DNA from: Octopus vulgaris
Taxonomy: Eukaryota
NCBI GenBank assembly: GCA_951406725.2
Contig: OX597828.1
Span: 1,178,001-1,242,000 of the forward strand
Length of the DNA: 64,000 nt
Reading direction: 5' to 3'
Positions 1-13,045 of this stretch are shown here, in pieces. The notes under the pieces are model-generated. The model saw nothing but the letters and a program-made list of their open reading frames with translations. It was not told the DNA's origin and ran no database searches. How positions within the stretch are numbered: the stretch's first letter is position 1; each line of letters starts with the position of its first letter. The position numbers and the translations under genes were made by a program.

Positions 1-477
1 AGTCGACTCGTGTGAATTTTCTGAAACTCCTCTCCCCACTTCTGGAAAATGTTTTGCACAACAAATTCCGATGTAATCGAAATCTACACTATCTGAAGTG
101 TGTTTGTAGGAAATTTTATTTTAAAATATTCATTTTTCTGGAAGTTATGAGGAAACAAATTTGAGGAGGGAGGCGCGAACAGAAAAAAATCAAAAAGGCT
201 ACACTTAAGGAAATTGGCAGAACAAAATCGAATCAGAGAAAAAAGGGAAGAACGACACGAAACTCACAAAAGGCAAGAGAAGATAGATCGAATACATCGG
301 CGCTCCAGTGATCAACTAACTGCTACTTATTTTATTAAGCTTGAGATTAGTGATCAGAACGTAGATGAGGCTAATAATGAGGCTAATAATGAAGAAGAAA
401 GGATCAAAATTTCCTGATTTCTGCCCCACCACATCCTCTACTTTAGATGATCATAATCAGAAAATATTCCTTATTTT

Positions 478-621
478 GGCGATCCTTCGGAATAGGTACC
501 GGAAGTGGCTTTGTTTACATTTCTGAAGATAACAGAAACCTTTTCTCCCACCCCTAACCCCCCATATATATAAAAAAACACTTTCTTGAAATGTATCCGG
601 TACCTATACTGAAGTTACGCC
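478..621. mobile_element. 144-bp MITE, Merlin-like (GG termini, 8-bp TSD)
   Basis: Imperfect 26-bp TIRs: GGCGATCCTTCGGAATAGGTACCGGA vs the reverse complement of the right end GGCGTAACTTCAGTATAGGTACCGGA. Exact 8-bp flanking duplication CTTATTTT at 470-477 and 622-629. Lies in the DNAJC9 intron. Confidence 0.75.
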
Positions 622-1584
622 CTTATTTTTACTTCTGGGGTCGTCTGTCTTTCTATTAGAAACGTTTACCTGGGAATTTACTAAAAGTGAAAACAAAAAT
701 CGTATGTAACAGATAAGTCATCTTAACATATTTCTGTGTACCAGACCTTTAGCTGTTATTTTTAGCATAACGAGTTTCTTGGTGAGGGTTTCATTTGCCT
801 TCATTGTCTGTTTGTTGCTTCAGTAGAAATCTTCGGAGATTACGAAGATGCAAAAAGAAAAAAATTTTAACCCAACTCGCCGCCCCCCACTACCTCTCTT
901 TCCTAGGGGTACAAAAGGAAGTCTTGCCATGCATTTTTCAAGGAGGGGTGCGAACCTACATTTGGCCCCTTTTAAACACGTCACAAATTAGTTGCGTCGT
1001 TAACGCTCTAAGGAAGTAGTATCGGAATATCCAAGTCTATTTTTGTATTTTCCTCGGATCGTTTCGGTTTCATTATTAATCACGTAGATAAGATGTACTT
1101 GAAAAAAGACTGCAAATTTTTTTTTCCTAAATGTCACCAACATAATTGTAATCAACACCCTCGAAAACGTATATCTGTAAAAATTCATGGCAAAACGTGC
1201 ATTTTCTGTTGGAGAGAAGGTACGAATCTGTAGTTATGTTCCGAAAATAAAAAATTAAAAGTCGAGCCGGAAAGAAATGTCAGATGTGTTATTCAATTTC
1301 TTTGCGTAATTTATAAATACATACAACATATTTTATACATAAAACTCAGCGATACGAGCCAATATTAATTTGAGTTGTTCAGCACTCTGTGTCTGTGGGT
1401 GCCATCCATAACATCATTTACAAGTATATAAATGAACAATATTTATTGATTCTAACAATAAACACGGCAATCAGCTTTCGCTCCAATTAAAATCCTAGTC
1501 TCTTTAAAGACTACTCGATATTCGTGTTTCCCTATTGTGTGAAAATACAAAAGACCTAGTCATTTTAAGAGTGTTTAAATTTAC

Positions 1585-2156
1585 CTTTTACTCCGCTTGT
1601 GTTTCTTCTTCATATCCTCTTTTATAAACATTTCAAAGTTTGGCAATTGTTTCTTTTTAATAAGTCCTTGAACAATATTTACAAATCTTGGTTCGTCTTC
1701 AGAAGTAGAACACATCATATTATCCATAATTCTATCCATGTCACCTTCATATTCTACATAGCAGTTTTTCAAGTCTTCTAGTTCTTGAGCCGACCCTTTG
1801 TATTGTTTTTCGAACTCCATAACATCGTTGACAGAAATTCTTTTGAAGAGGCAACGCCAATATGCGTACCAATCCTTACCGTCATCGACCAAATCATCGT
1901 CTATGCTACCGGTTTGATCGTAGATGGCTCGTTTATCATCGTCCTGTAATATCGAGTAAATTTTTGACAAAACTTGAAACTTCGCTGTTGCTTCTTCTCG
2001 CTGGCTTTCAGTAAATTTATCTGGGTGTGTTGTTAGGGACTTTTTGTAATATGCTCTTTTAATTTCATTTGCACTGGCGGTTTTATCTACGCCGAATATT
2101 TCGTACAAGCAATCGCTGTTGAATAGCGTCCTACATAATTCAAATAGATTAGACAT
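1585..2156 (-). CDS. DNAJC9: DnaJ homolog subfamily C member 9-like, first coding exon
   Basis: J domain with HPD (LYEIFGV...YYKKSLTTHPDK...FQVLSKIYSIL...RAIYDQTG) followed by DNAJC9-type DWYAYWRCLFK, YKGSAQELEDLK, GDMDRIM, DEPRF. The ORF runs into a splice donor AG|GTAAAT (GT at 1584-1583). The C-terminal exon(s) were not found in the window. Confidence 0.9.
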
Positions 2157-2258
2157 TTTCTATTGTTTTTGATCCTTGTACTTTAAAAGCTTCGCAAAAT
2201 TAGACATAAAGGAAATATAAAATGTTCTTTTTATATCTAAATTGCCGCTAAGAAAATA

Positions 2259-2266
2259 GCGGGAAA
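2259..2266 (-). promoter_or_regulatory. Canonical E2F site TTTCCCGC upstream of DNAJC9
   Basis: GCGGGAAA on + (TTTCCCGC on -), ~100 bp upstream of the ATG in an otherwise AT-rich region. Confidence 0.6.
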
Positions 2267-2331
2267 CAAGCACGTTTAAGTGGGAAGTTACGGTTCTTAG
2301 CATGTAGCACTCCCCCTCTCTCTCTCTCTCA

Positions 2332-2365
<34 letters not shown>

Positions 2366-2369
<4 letters not shown>

Positions 2370-2550
2370 GAAAGAAAAGGACGTTCAGAATGCTGGATGG
2401 TTGTATATAAAAAAATATATATATTTATTTACATATCACATATTATTTCTTCAAATCACGTAATTAAATATGTGATTAGAAGAAATAATAAATATATATA
2501 TTTTTTTATATACAACCTTCCAGCATTCTGAACGTCCTTTTCTTTCATAT
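2366..2550. repeat. Long near-perfect inverted repeat (hairpin)
   Basis: ATATGAAAGAAAAGGACGTTCAGAATGCTGGA...TATATTTATT at 2366-2429 is mirrored at ~2487-2550. Inner arms 2441-2459 and 2472-2490. Embedded in (TA)n. Confidence 0.85.
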
Positions 2551-2599
2551 GTTTTAAATCTGTTTATCACCCCCAATACTTATCAAAAGATATCTAAAA

Positions 2600-2708
<109 letters not shown>

Positions 2709-3923
2709 TTGTTGCTTATTTTGATTTTAATCGCCTTACTTTGAAATTGTATGGATAATACCATACTAAATTCTGGTGCCTCAACTTAAGTACCATATTC
2801 ATTTGAATTAAAATTTGGGCTGAACTCATATATATATGTATGTATATAATGAGAGAGAGGGGAGCGAAACAGCATTATGGGCGATTAATAGTTGTTCGCA
2901 AATTATAGAAGGTGAAAAAAAGTGTAAATTATCGTGAATGCTTCCACTACCACCACCCAAAATATATGTTTCAAACAAAGGTATAACAATATGGCATGTG
3001 GTCAAGAGACACAAATTAGGTGCGATAATTAGATTTTCTGCAATCTTTGGAGTTAGAATCCCAAAACTACGACATTATTGAAATGGATAGTTCTACGAAA
3101 TTCAGCAAATATTATTACAACAGGTTTTCACATTATTACAAAATTTAATAGAAATTATTTTATTCGTATAATTTACCCGTAATGAGTTTATTTTTACCAT
3201 TTAAACACTAGAGAACCCACATTAATTTTAATAAAAATAAAACGATTTCAACTTTTGGAAGAAAATTCATCAATGCCTATGCACCAACTTGCCAGTAATC
3301 AAACTGACAAGTTTTTCACTATACGTAATTATTTTGAAATCGCATAATTATGCAAACCAACTAGTTTTGTTTCTTGCCATAGTTTAAATAAAGTCTTTTA
3401 AATCGGTTCTCCATACACAACAATTTCCCTTAATCATTATAGGCACAAAACTATTCAGGAAAAACCTGCAAGAGGACCCAACAGAGTAGGTGTACATGAG
3501 TTGGAAGCAAATATCAAACATCTACATCCACATGACTGAAAGCACAGATGACTCAAAACTTGTGGTGAACTTGTATTATGTAGATCAAAGCACTTTCACA
3601 AGTGGAGGAAACAATCTTTGAAGCAGTTGTCAAAATGTGATGCAATGTTTCTGAAAAGTTTCCCCATAATGATGAGACACAAGGTAAAAATACTCAAGGA
3701 ACAGGGAAATGAATCAATCAAGTCTTAAAACTTTTTGCAACTTTGCAAAACATTTTGCATGATGTCCAAAAAATTCAAACATTGTCATTCAGTGACATTG
3801 AATTAATTTGCCAGAATTCAATTGCATACAATTCATCAAAGGATACTAGAGACATTAGATGATGTCCTCAATCAATTATAAAGATTGCATTTAACACTTG
3901 AACTAGCTATTGAAAATACTCAC

Positions 3924-4180
3924 CAGTTGCGGACGCATGGGTGTTGTCCTAGTTGCCTGAACAACACCCTTTCTAGCTGAGCCGACATCAAATATAACAC
4001 TGTCATTTTATTTCTAGCAGTTTCTCAGCATTACTGTTTCATATGCATATCGACTGCTACAACAATGTTAGAATACATAAAAATGTGTATATTTGTTATG
4101 AATTGTGATTCCCACCTTATATTGTATATTTTTCAAAACTTTTGGGCAACACTAAAAAAAAATTCATGAATCCCTTGCTG
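3924..4180. mobile_element. Possible degenerate MITE
   Basis: CAG...CTG termini with weak TIRs and CTCAC repeated on both sides (3919-3923, 4181-4185). Confidence 0.35.
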
Positions 4181-4297
4181 CTCACAATCTATCTCTGAGC
4201 ATTGATATGTGTATTCCTACACCTGAAAGAGTGCATGTACTGTGTGTATCTTCCCTTAAAATCATTGGCAATTATGCTTCTACCCAATATAGTGTCT

Positions 4298-5100
4298 TGT
4301 GATATCATCAGATGGAGTGAGAGTGGCTGTGAAGCATAGCTTTTGAGAGGACCACTACATATAAATAGTAGCAGTCTGAGTAAGTGAGGTAGTTCATACT
4401 AGTCTTAAAGTTTACAGTTCGAGTTAGCGTGTTGGATTGTTGGTTCTTAAAAGATTGTTGTTACATTATGTTTGGTTACTGCCGTTGGTTTCAATTATAT
4501 TATTATCACACTGTTGCAACGTATTCGTTTATCCATAAGGATATAACATCTTATAATGATGATCGTTTGAAACTCACATTGGTTATTTGACAATTTCTGT
4601 GTCATAGAAAACCTATTAAGCACATTAGTACAGCTTCAAGAGAAGCAACAGGAACAACTACAGGAGTTGCAAAAACAAATACTACAACAACTACAATTAA
4701 TTGAGTTACAGTCGGTGAAATCCCCAAATCCAGTAATTCTGAGGATAGTATTAGGTTTCTCACATATTATAGAAGATATGAGGAAATTTTTAATGAGTGC
4801 AAGTCATGGTTGGAGGAGCAGAAAATAAGGCTTTTACTATGCAAGGTAGCTCCTGCCAAACATAAGCATTACTGTAACTTTATTCAAAAAGTCAAGTGAG
4901 ATTAGTTTCCAAGAAACCATGGAACTGCTTTCAAAAATTTTTCCTGATGGAAATTCATTATTCAACACCAGAATGGAGAGTTGGAACTTAACAAAGAATG
5001 AGGAGGAGGATTTTATCACTACATCAAAGTAGTCAACCATGTGTGTGAAAATTTCAAACTCCAGCTTCTCACTGACGATATGTTCAAATCACTTCAGTGG
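4298..5100 (+). mobile_element. Gypsy-like LTR (4298-4548) plus decayed gag fragment
   Basis: TGTGATATC...GATATAACA terminal inverted ends with an internal TATA. Downstream broken reading with a Q-rich coil and RYEEIF...KIRLLL...EISFQETMELLSKIF...SLFNTR...NEEEDF, typical of Gypsy gag. Confidence 0.55.
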
Positions 5101-5966
5101 AGTAAAGAGAATATTGTCATCTAAGTATATTGCCCACAACACCATTGCAGTAGCTGTCCTCATAACTAAGTTTGGCCTTATGAACTAGTCATTACAAGAA
5201 CTCTATGAAATAGATGTTCAGATTTGCAAGCTGTTCCATGTTACAGGAAACTTCAACACCAGTGGAGGCTATACTTCCCATGCAAGGGTGGTGGCCATGG
5301 TCTCAAATCTGTATTGATATCTTATAAAACACATATTCTGAGATTGAAATATCTGCAGTAGAGGAAAGAGACCAGTTACTATCTTGTGACCTTGAAATCA
5401 ACAACTTAATTAGGACAGCTAATGAACTTGAGGAGAGGTGTGAAATAAGAGCTGATATACACTGCATGTCAAATTATTAGGCAGCTCAGTTTTTCACAAT
5501 AACAAAGTATTTATTTGTTTGAATCCAGATACTTTTCCACTTCATGATGATAACATCCATCTGCATGTACAGTACCAAAATAAATCCAATCCACCCATAC
5601 ATAAAGAAACAACAGCCATTTTTGTTCATAATAAAAATGCTAATTATGCAAAAGCAAACATTTATTTAATGCGACAATTAATTTTTAACAACAAATATAA
5701 TCATAACAGACTTTATAATGAGGATAATAACATGTTTAAATGGAAATAATACAAAAAATATGATGTCTTAAAGTTCTTAATGATGGATGTATGATCTTCC
5801 ACATGAGAGAACGTCTCTGACACGTTTATCCATTGAATTTGTCAAGGTAACTATTTTATCTGGTGTAATTCTGTCAGCAGCATCCACAATAGCTTCCCAG
5901 GGTAATCTTTCGTTGAAAACTGCCATCCATCTTGATATATCTTCCTATAGAAATTCACGAGACACT

Positions 5967-8900
5967 TGTAATAAGTCATAACTTTTATTATTGGAGGTAA
6001 TGCATTAATATACAAGGTTAATTGAGGGAAGCTTATAACATTACATGAATATGTTTTGGTTGCAATCACACGTCTCCAAGTAAGTAAGGTGAATGGGAGC
6101 GCGAGCAGGTGTAAGGTGCAGCGGCCTGACCCAATGCATGTTGAAGAATCAACAGGCACTGAATTAATTTCTTTATTGCTTGTAAGGGCATACATAGAAG
6201 ATACAAAAGGAGGGGCCGGAGACAAACAATGGACAGTCTTACAGGGGAAGGGGTACTGGTGTTGGGGTTACAAACATGAAAGCTGTGATGAAAAATGGTA
6301 TGAGTTTAAAAATTTTAATGAAGTTAAAATATATAGATAAAATATACTGAAATATATATTTTTTCCTGAGTTTATTTTCAATCCACTGATTTGGAACCTT
6401 TGTTATGTTTTTCTTTTTTTATTTCCCTTTCTTTTTGGCAAGAAAACGTTTTCCTCCTTCTTCTCCATTTGACTGGCTACACCAACATGACCCCATTCAT
6501 ACTCAACTTTCTTACCACATTTGCCCATCTTTTTTCATACATGCTGAGAGGCAGGTACTTTCACTCCAGATGGATCTTCCTTAAAAGGTGGAAGTTGAAC
6601 CAACTTACCAACCCTTGCCCTGAGATAAAGTGGCCTGCCTCAATCCCTTTTGCACGTATCCTCCACACTGTCTCTTTCAGTATGGTCACTACACAGAAAA
6701 AGGCTGCCTTCCTTTTCTTGTTCAGGAAGGGACGCGGTACAATCTTAACTATGGACTCAGTCGAGAGCCGTACTTCTTCCACATCTGAAATCAGTTGTTC
6801 GACATAGGCAATCAACCGCTTCAAGTCCCCACAGTGTACAAAGGCGTGCATGACAGTTTCACTGATGTGTCTGCACCTCAGACATGTGGGGGTGAGTGTT
6901 GAAACCGTGTCTAGACAACCTCTCTCAAACCAATAGGACTGATCAGTAGCACAACAAAGCCATGGAATTCTGGAAATTATCCAGATATCTTGGTCCAAAT
7001 GCCCTTTCGAACAGGTTGGCCAGTTGTTCATCATCAAAGCTTAGTTTCCCCCAGGACATCATCAGACTTAAACTCTACCAACCCTCTATAGAAATCCACA
7101 GTAGTAACCGCTTGCTCAGGAGAACAGAGTAAGTGCTTGTCAGCACTCCTTCTGCCATTCTCCTGTCTTAGGTTTCTGTTTGATCCATGTGCCTAAGTCC
7201 CAGAGGGACTTCAATTGTGGGAAAAGCTGCTTGGCATGTGGTGACCTCACCTGTTCACCATCCAGGTAGCACTGGAGGTCTCTCAACCTCAACGTGTGCT
7301 TGCACATCATTAGCCAAGGCATCCCCAGCCCACCCTTTAACAGTTTCTGGCACCTCACAAGAGGTGGTTTCCCTTTTCACAAAAAGTGGAAAAGGATCCG
7401 TTCCAGCTTGGTCAGCCACAAACCGGGACAGGGCATGACAGTCAGGTGATAGGTTATCACAGATGCTATAAACACCTGTGCAACCTTGTCCCTCCCAAAC
7501 CAGATCTGGGTTATGGCTATCACCTTACTCGCTACCTCACACCAGTTCTCCACCTGGAGACCTGATGAAAACTAGATTCTGAGCAATTTAACCAGTACCT
7601 CCGTCCAGCATCCAATGATGCTGTTAGAAGGCATCAACTTGCCATGCCAGGTGCCGAGTTGCAAACCAACAGATTTTTCATGGTTAATTTTTGCCCATGC
7701 CACCACTTCATATCCTTTGATGGTGTCTTCTACATGAGGTAGCTGCCCTTCATCAGATATGATGATGGTAGCATCATCCGCATATGCCATCGCACTTCTA
7801 CCATAACATAGATCATGCGGGTCTCCCCCCATCATCCCCAATCTCCGTAGCAGTGGCTCAAGAGCCAATACATACAGGGGGCAGCCCTGGCAAACCAAAT
7901 ATTCAATCACAAACGGGCTCGAGAAGAACCCATTCACCCAGACAGATTTGATATTGCAATATAAAGCTTTGAACCAACCTCGGACAGTCAAGCCCAGACT
8001 GACCACCTAGAGGACCACCACCAAATACCGATGGTTGACCCTATCGAATACCTTAGACTGGTCTAAATTCACCAGTGCCCCACTTTTGCCAGGAACTTTA
8101 CCCATCCTCTCTATGGTGTAGCATATGAGATGAAGGTTGTTGAATATCATCCTTCCTGAGATGGCACATGTCTGTGCCTCTCCCACCAGGTCACCTACAA
8201 AAATCCACATTCTCTTGGCTAGCACCCTAGCCAAAATCTTTAACTCTGTGTTTAGCAGAGTTATGGGCCTATTTTATGTTATTCCCCTTGCTCATGTCCT
8301 TCCTGATCAGTGTCACAACTCCTCGGCTCACAGAGTTGGGAATTCTCCCATTCTGCTGCCAATTTGTGTAAACACTAGCCAGTATGTTCCCAAACAAGTC
8401 TGGCATACTTTTACAAAATTCGTAAGGTAGTCCATCTGATCATGGTGACTTGTCCCCAGGACACTCAGAAAGTACCTCTATAACCTCCTCAGCCATGATC
8501 ATCCCTTCCCAGCGCTTAGCATCGCATGCTGAAAGAAATGGGCCACCGGCCAGGAAATCCCGGAGGGAATCCCCATGGACCAACATCCCGCTCCTCCCGA
8601 ACAATGCAGCAAAGTGCTCATGAAAGGCCTTGCACATCTCCTGTCCATGTTCATTAACCATAGACCTTATTGTAGCATCCACGCCACATTGGGTTTCTAC
8701 TGAACGAGCCCACCTGGCAACATCAATACCCTCACGGCCCAGTGCACGTACTTTAGCCCTGACTCTGCATCCTTCATGTTTGGCATTGAGGTGTCAGTCC
8801 AAGGCCAATCTCACCGCCAAAACTTGGGGTGTAGAGTCCACTCTCAGCACCTCTTCTAATGCCTTAACTAAATCCCTTTCTACTCTAGTCTGCTCTTGAC

Positions 8901-11274
8901 TTAACTGCTTGCTAAATCTAATCGACTCAATTTGAATGGTTCTTTTGAGGGCACCCTACCACCGGTTATTTGACACAGTTCCAGTTAGAACCCTCATAAC
9001 TAACACCTTAATCTGGCTACAGTAAGTTTCGCAATCCAATAGGGACTTGTTCAACTTCCAATAGCCAGATCCCAGTCTATGGACCATATCTATATGCAAC
9101 CTACACATCACTAATTTGTGATCAGTGTAAGGTACATAGGTATATTGTGGACAGCTAAAACTAGACTTATCTCTAGTGTTAACTATAATCCTGTCTATGT
9201 AAGACCTGATCAATCTGTGGTGATTAGTCCAAGTCCATATTGGCATGCTTGGATTATCAAGTCTGAATCGATCTACCAGCCTAAATCGCTTCAGCAGATT
9301 GACAAGGCATGAGTTACATCTGCTATCATTTGAGCCTACACTATCCAGGCGTGCATTGAGAATAACGTTAAAATCACCGAACACAACTAGTGTCTTTGAC
9401 GTCACCAGAAAATTCTCCAGGTGTTGATAGACCTCATTCCATTTGCCTATTGTATTAGGCACGTAAATGCCACCAATGTGAAGGCCTTACCTCTGTATGT
9501 CAGATCTAGAACGACCAACTCACCTTGTGGGTCCACGAAGATTGTATGAGACTTTCTCATAGCTGTTCAGGAGAGATGAGAACTCCTGCAGCTTGGACTC
9601 TGTAGTAACCATCACATCGATTCTGTGTGTCCTGAGGTTGTCGAGGAAACACACCTGCTTCCTCTTCAACCCCAAACAATGCACATCTAAATAGCCAATA
9701 CATAGTGTAGCCATGTCAAGACAGTAAGAAGAAGGAAGGAAAATTCTATGCTTACCTGCTCATTCATTTCTTTTCGAGGGGGGTTGTTCTTAGTATCATT
9801 GGGGTAGGAAGCTCCCCCTCCTTCTTCTTGCACAGAAATGGTTCCATCGGCGGGTTGAATATTTTGGGGAGATCCTTGATATCAACAATGTCTCCTCTAT
9901 TTCTCTCCTTGAGTTCTAAATATAAGTCTCTCAAGACTTTTGCAATGGTTATCATATCATTGTCCTTGTTTTCGTAAACTCTCGTCCGTAGGTGTGGTTT
10001 AATCACTCCTTCCAAATATTTGCTTTGATTCTTGTAGGCAATTACTACAATGTCTTCCTTTTTGGGTATATCATTTTCAATTAAGCTTATTTTCCCACAT
10101 TTTGGCAGGGCCTTGAACTTTTTCTGGGTATCATTGGTTTTTACTATTTTATTTTTAGGAGTCGCTTTCCTTCCACATGAACAGTTAACACTGTTTCCTC
10201 CCCTATGTGAATGGACTCTGGGAGGCTTTCCAAATCAGCGGATGAGGCTTGAGCAAGAATCTCTAGAGTTTGGCCTCACCAGTTTTGTGGGGCCAAGCTC
10301 TAGAGATTTGAAAAATATAAAATTTTTCTCCCTTCCGAAAAGAGTGGTGACTACAATCCAAGCAGCCTCCACTTCTGGTGGGTTATTTTAAATTTTTATT
10401 CAAGAAGTTCTTCTACCCAGATATAAGGGTAGAAATAATATATTCCCATTCTGCACAGTTTGAGTCGAGAAGTCTTTAGCCTTCTCTACTGACTCAAACC
10501 ATACTTCTATTGTGGAAAACCTTGTTCTTCAGGCCAGGTATTTTATTTCCTTTAATACCGGCTTAAGGTATTTTTCAATGGTGCTTTCTTTCAGGTACTC
10601 GTATTTCTTGTTTTTGGCATTATATGACTTGTATATGATGGTTTTTCTCTTGTTTTGTTAATCATTTCGTTGGAAGGTGTGATGTGACTTTCTCCATTCT
10701 CTTCTGCAATCATGATGAAATAGGCCTGAAATTCTTCCTTTCGCAAAGTAATCTTTTCTGCTCTGCCAACAGCGGCGGCAAAATTCAAATTTTTCAGTTC
10801 TTTAACCAAAGACATTTTTTTTTGTAGCAAAAATTACTAAAAGCAAAGGAAAATAAATGATTGTTCCACAAGGAACACAGTTCACACAAAAACGAATAAC
10901 AATTTGTTTATCCTTCCCCCAAGGTGGGGGGAATAACAATTTACAAATGATTATTTGTAAAAATACAATGTTTCCCTTACAGGAAACCACAATACACAGA
11001 AAAAACAATTCCTTAAAGGATAACAATATTAAAAATAGCAATATTAAAAGCAGCTCTTCAGGTACTGAATGAATGCAACTCCAGACAGGCACTGAATGGC
11101 ACGATTTTAGAATTTCTTTCCTTTATATAAGGGATGGACTGGAAGTCCCTGACTTTCACGTAAAACCGGAATCTTCTAGAAAAGTTTCGAACATTCTAGA
11201 AGCTCGAAGGAGATTACTCTTGTTACATCCCTCTTCTATTTTGCTTACTGTCATAGCCACCAGGGGTCACTACA
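5967..11274 (-). mobile_element. Probable solo LTR (~375 bp) split by a Tx1 insertion (pieces 11274-11085 and 6164-5967)
   Basis: On - it begins TGTAGTGA and ends TTATTACA. It has a TATA box (CTTATATAAGG) and AATAAA near the 3' end. 4-bp flanks CACT/CCCT (1 mismatch). Confidence 0.6.
6165..11084 (-). mobile_element. Tx1-type (L1 clade) LINE, both ends present, decayed
   Basis: Fragments in order: ORF1; APE (GDFN, RSYIDRI, YTDHKLV, GYWKLN); RT (LDQSKVFDRV, QGCPL, AYADD); C-terminal CLRC..ETVMHAF. 3' end AATAAAGAAATTA. 13-bp TSD ACAGGCACTGAAT at 6152-6164 and 11085-11097. Confidence 0.9.
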
Positions 11275-11689
11275 CCCTTGTCAGCCCTCGAAGACCCAAC
11301 AAATTTCTTAACAGCTCAATGATCTCTTCCCAGGATCTTTGATATTTCCAATGTCATTTTTGTTTTTCCAAGCTGGTGGACTTCTCATTTGATGTTAAAT
11401 CACGTTTTTGTCCCATAATTAACACTTTTATTGAGCACTTGCCTAATAATTTAGGACAGTAAAATTGTTGCTGTTTCATGAAAATGGCTGCCATTTGTTT
11501 ATATCTGCATTGATCCAATTTATTTGACTACAGTATGCACAAGCAGACGTTGCCATCATTCAGTGAAAAATATCTGGATTCAAATGAATAAATACTCTGT
11601 TATTTAAAAAAAAAGAGCTGCCTAATAATTAGACATGCACTGTAGATCTCTCTGCCAAGAGCATTGGTAAAATCTATTTATAAGAACAA

Positions 11690-12460
11690 AATTTTTAAAA
11701 AATGGACCAGTTCACTTAGAAGATAGTACAAGTGTACTTGGCACAAAAAACACAAACCATAGAAGGCATTGATCATGTGAAAAGCTTGGCATAGAGTGCC
11801 AACAAGTTTATGACATCCCACTTTGAAGGCTACCTCCATGCAATTCAAGAGCAAGTGATCTCCATTAAGTACCTACAGCAGAAAAAGCAGAGATCATTGA
11901 TAGACAAAACAAACACTGAAGATGTCAACCACATTATTGTCAACTGCAAGAGAATGTTTTCCAGATATTATCTTCCCGTGAGACGTGATGCAGTGGTCAG
12001 AACAGTCTTGAAGAGGATAACAAAAAAGAAAACACCTACAGACAAAGTTGACTATACCGAGACCAGTGGGTCAAAAGAATATTGGTGGAACTTAGAAATT
12101 AAAACAGCTACCAAATTAAAAGACAACTGGCCAGATATTGTTGTGTGGGACCATAAGGAAAAAATATATTCTGTTGCGGAAATCAGCTGCCCTCTGGACA
12201 CCAATGTGGTTAGGAAAGTACAAGACAAAGAGGATGTCTATGGACTATTGATAAGGAGTTTGCAAATCTAGCACTCATGATACACCTCCAGCTTCATATC
12301 TATTATTATTGGAGCATGAGGATACATATCAAACTGTCTGGAACAAGGTATGGCTGATCTTGGTTTCTTGGGGAGAGAATGCAAATCTTTAATTCAGACA
12401 TTACCAATGATCATGTTATCTGGGACTATAAAAACCTGTAAGAGTTTAAGATTTAAAGGA
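11690..12460 (+). mobile_element. 3' fragment of a restriction-like-endonuclease non-LTR element (R4/Dong/NeSL type)
   Basis: AIQEQVI, EDVNHIIVNC, RRDAVVR, WWNLEIKT, WPDIVVWD..K.....EISCPLD.N...K..K...Y..L match the PD-(D/E)xK RLE domain. Confidence 0.75.
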
Positions 12461-12519
12461 TGACTAGCAGAGATACCTGGCATTGCTCGGGATTAAGATG
12501 GTATAGTTTTTATTGTTTT

Positions 12520-12709
12520 ATTTGTTTCAGTCATGTGACTATGGACATGCCGGAGCCCTAACTTTAGTCAAAGAAATCGACTCTGGGATTTATTCTTTGT
12601 AAGCCTTGTACTTATTCTATCAGAGTTTTACCAAATGGCTAAGTTACAGGAACGTAAACATAGTAACATCGATTGTAAAGTGATGGTGGGGGTACAAACA
12701 CAGACACAG

Positions 12710-12720
<11 letters not shown>
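12520..12720 (-). mobile_element. SINE 3' portion
   Basis: Matches the complete SINEs at 41586-42040 and 57804-58183 (TGTTTCAGTCAT...TATTCTTTGTAAGCC...). Confidence 0.7.
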
Positions 12721-12767
<47 letters not shown>

Positions 12768-12769
<2 letters not shown>

Positions 12770-13007
12770 GGTTCGAGTCCCATGCAAATAGGGAAGCCTT
12801 CCTTTTTCTATTGAGGGCTTATATGCCCTGTTTAATAACAGGGCATATAAGCCCTGTTTAATAACAGGGCATATAAGCCCTCGATATTTTCCTTAGTCAT
12901 TACACAATGATTGCCATAAGCTTTAAGCTTATATAAAAATACCATTATTATTATTTACAGGATTGTAAAATACGGTGCTGTATAACAAAACCATTTGCAC
13001 TGAAAGC
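12768..13007 (+). repeat. Repeat with B-box/tRNA-like ends and an internal perfect hairpin
   Basis: GGTTCGAGTCC B box at 12770. Hairpin GAGGGCTTATATGCCCTGTT-TAAT-AACAGGGCATATAAGCCCT with a tandemly duplicated right arm (12813-12882). Flanked by TA/CA microsatellites. Confidence 0.55.
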
Positions 13008-13045
13008 ATATATACACACACACACACACACATATATACACATAC

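Larger units (their letters stand above)
5460..11642 (-). mobile_element. Tc1/mariner element (internally deleted) hosting nested insertions
   Basis: 27-bp TIRs CACTGCATGTCAAATTATTAGGCAGCT / CAGTGCATGTCTAATTATTAGGCAGCT flanked by TA on both sides. Transposase N-terminus MGQKRDLTSNEKS...LEISKILGRDH..VKKFV...RADKG at ~11416-11275. C-terminus RKIYQDGWQFSTKD/WEAIVDAADRITPDKIVTLTNSMDKRVRDV at ~5950-5780. Confidence 0.85.

Noticed and set aside
214-1188. Short ORFs as DNAJC9 exon 2 or other genes
   Set aside because: No DNAJC9 C-terminal motif (EAKEAE-like) or other recognisable domain.
3300-3900. Possible decayed transposase
   Set aside because: Looks coding-derived, but no diagnostic motif could be read.
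12463-12500. Helitron-like 5' end (ACTAGCAGAGATACCTGGCATTGCTCGGG)
   Set aside because: Too short, with no matching 3' end, to call.
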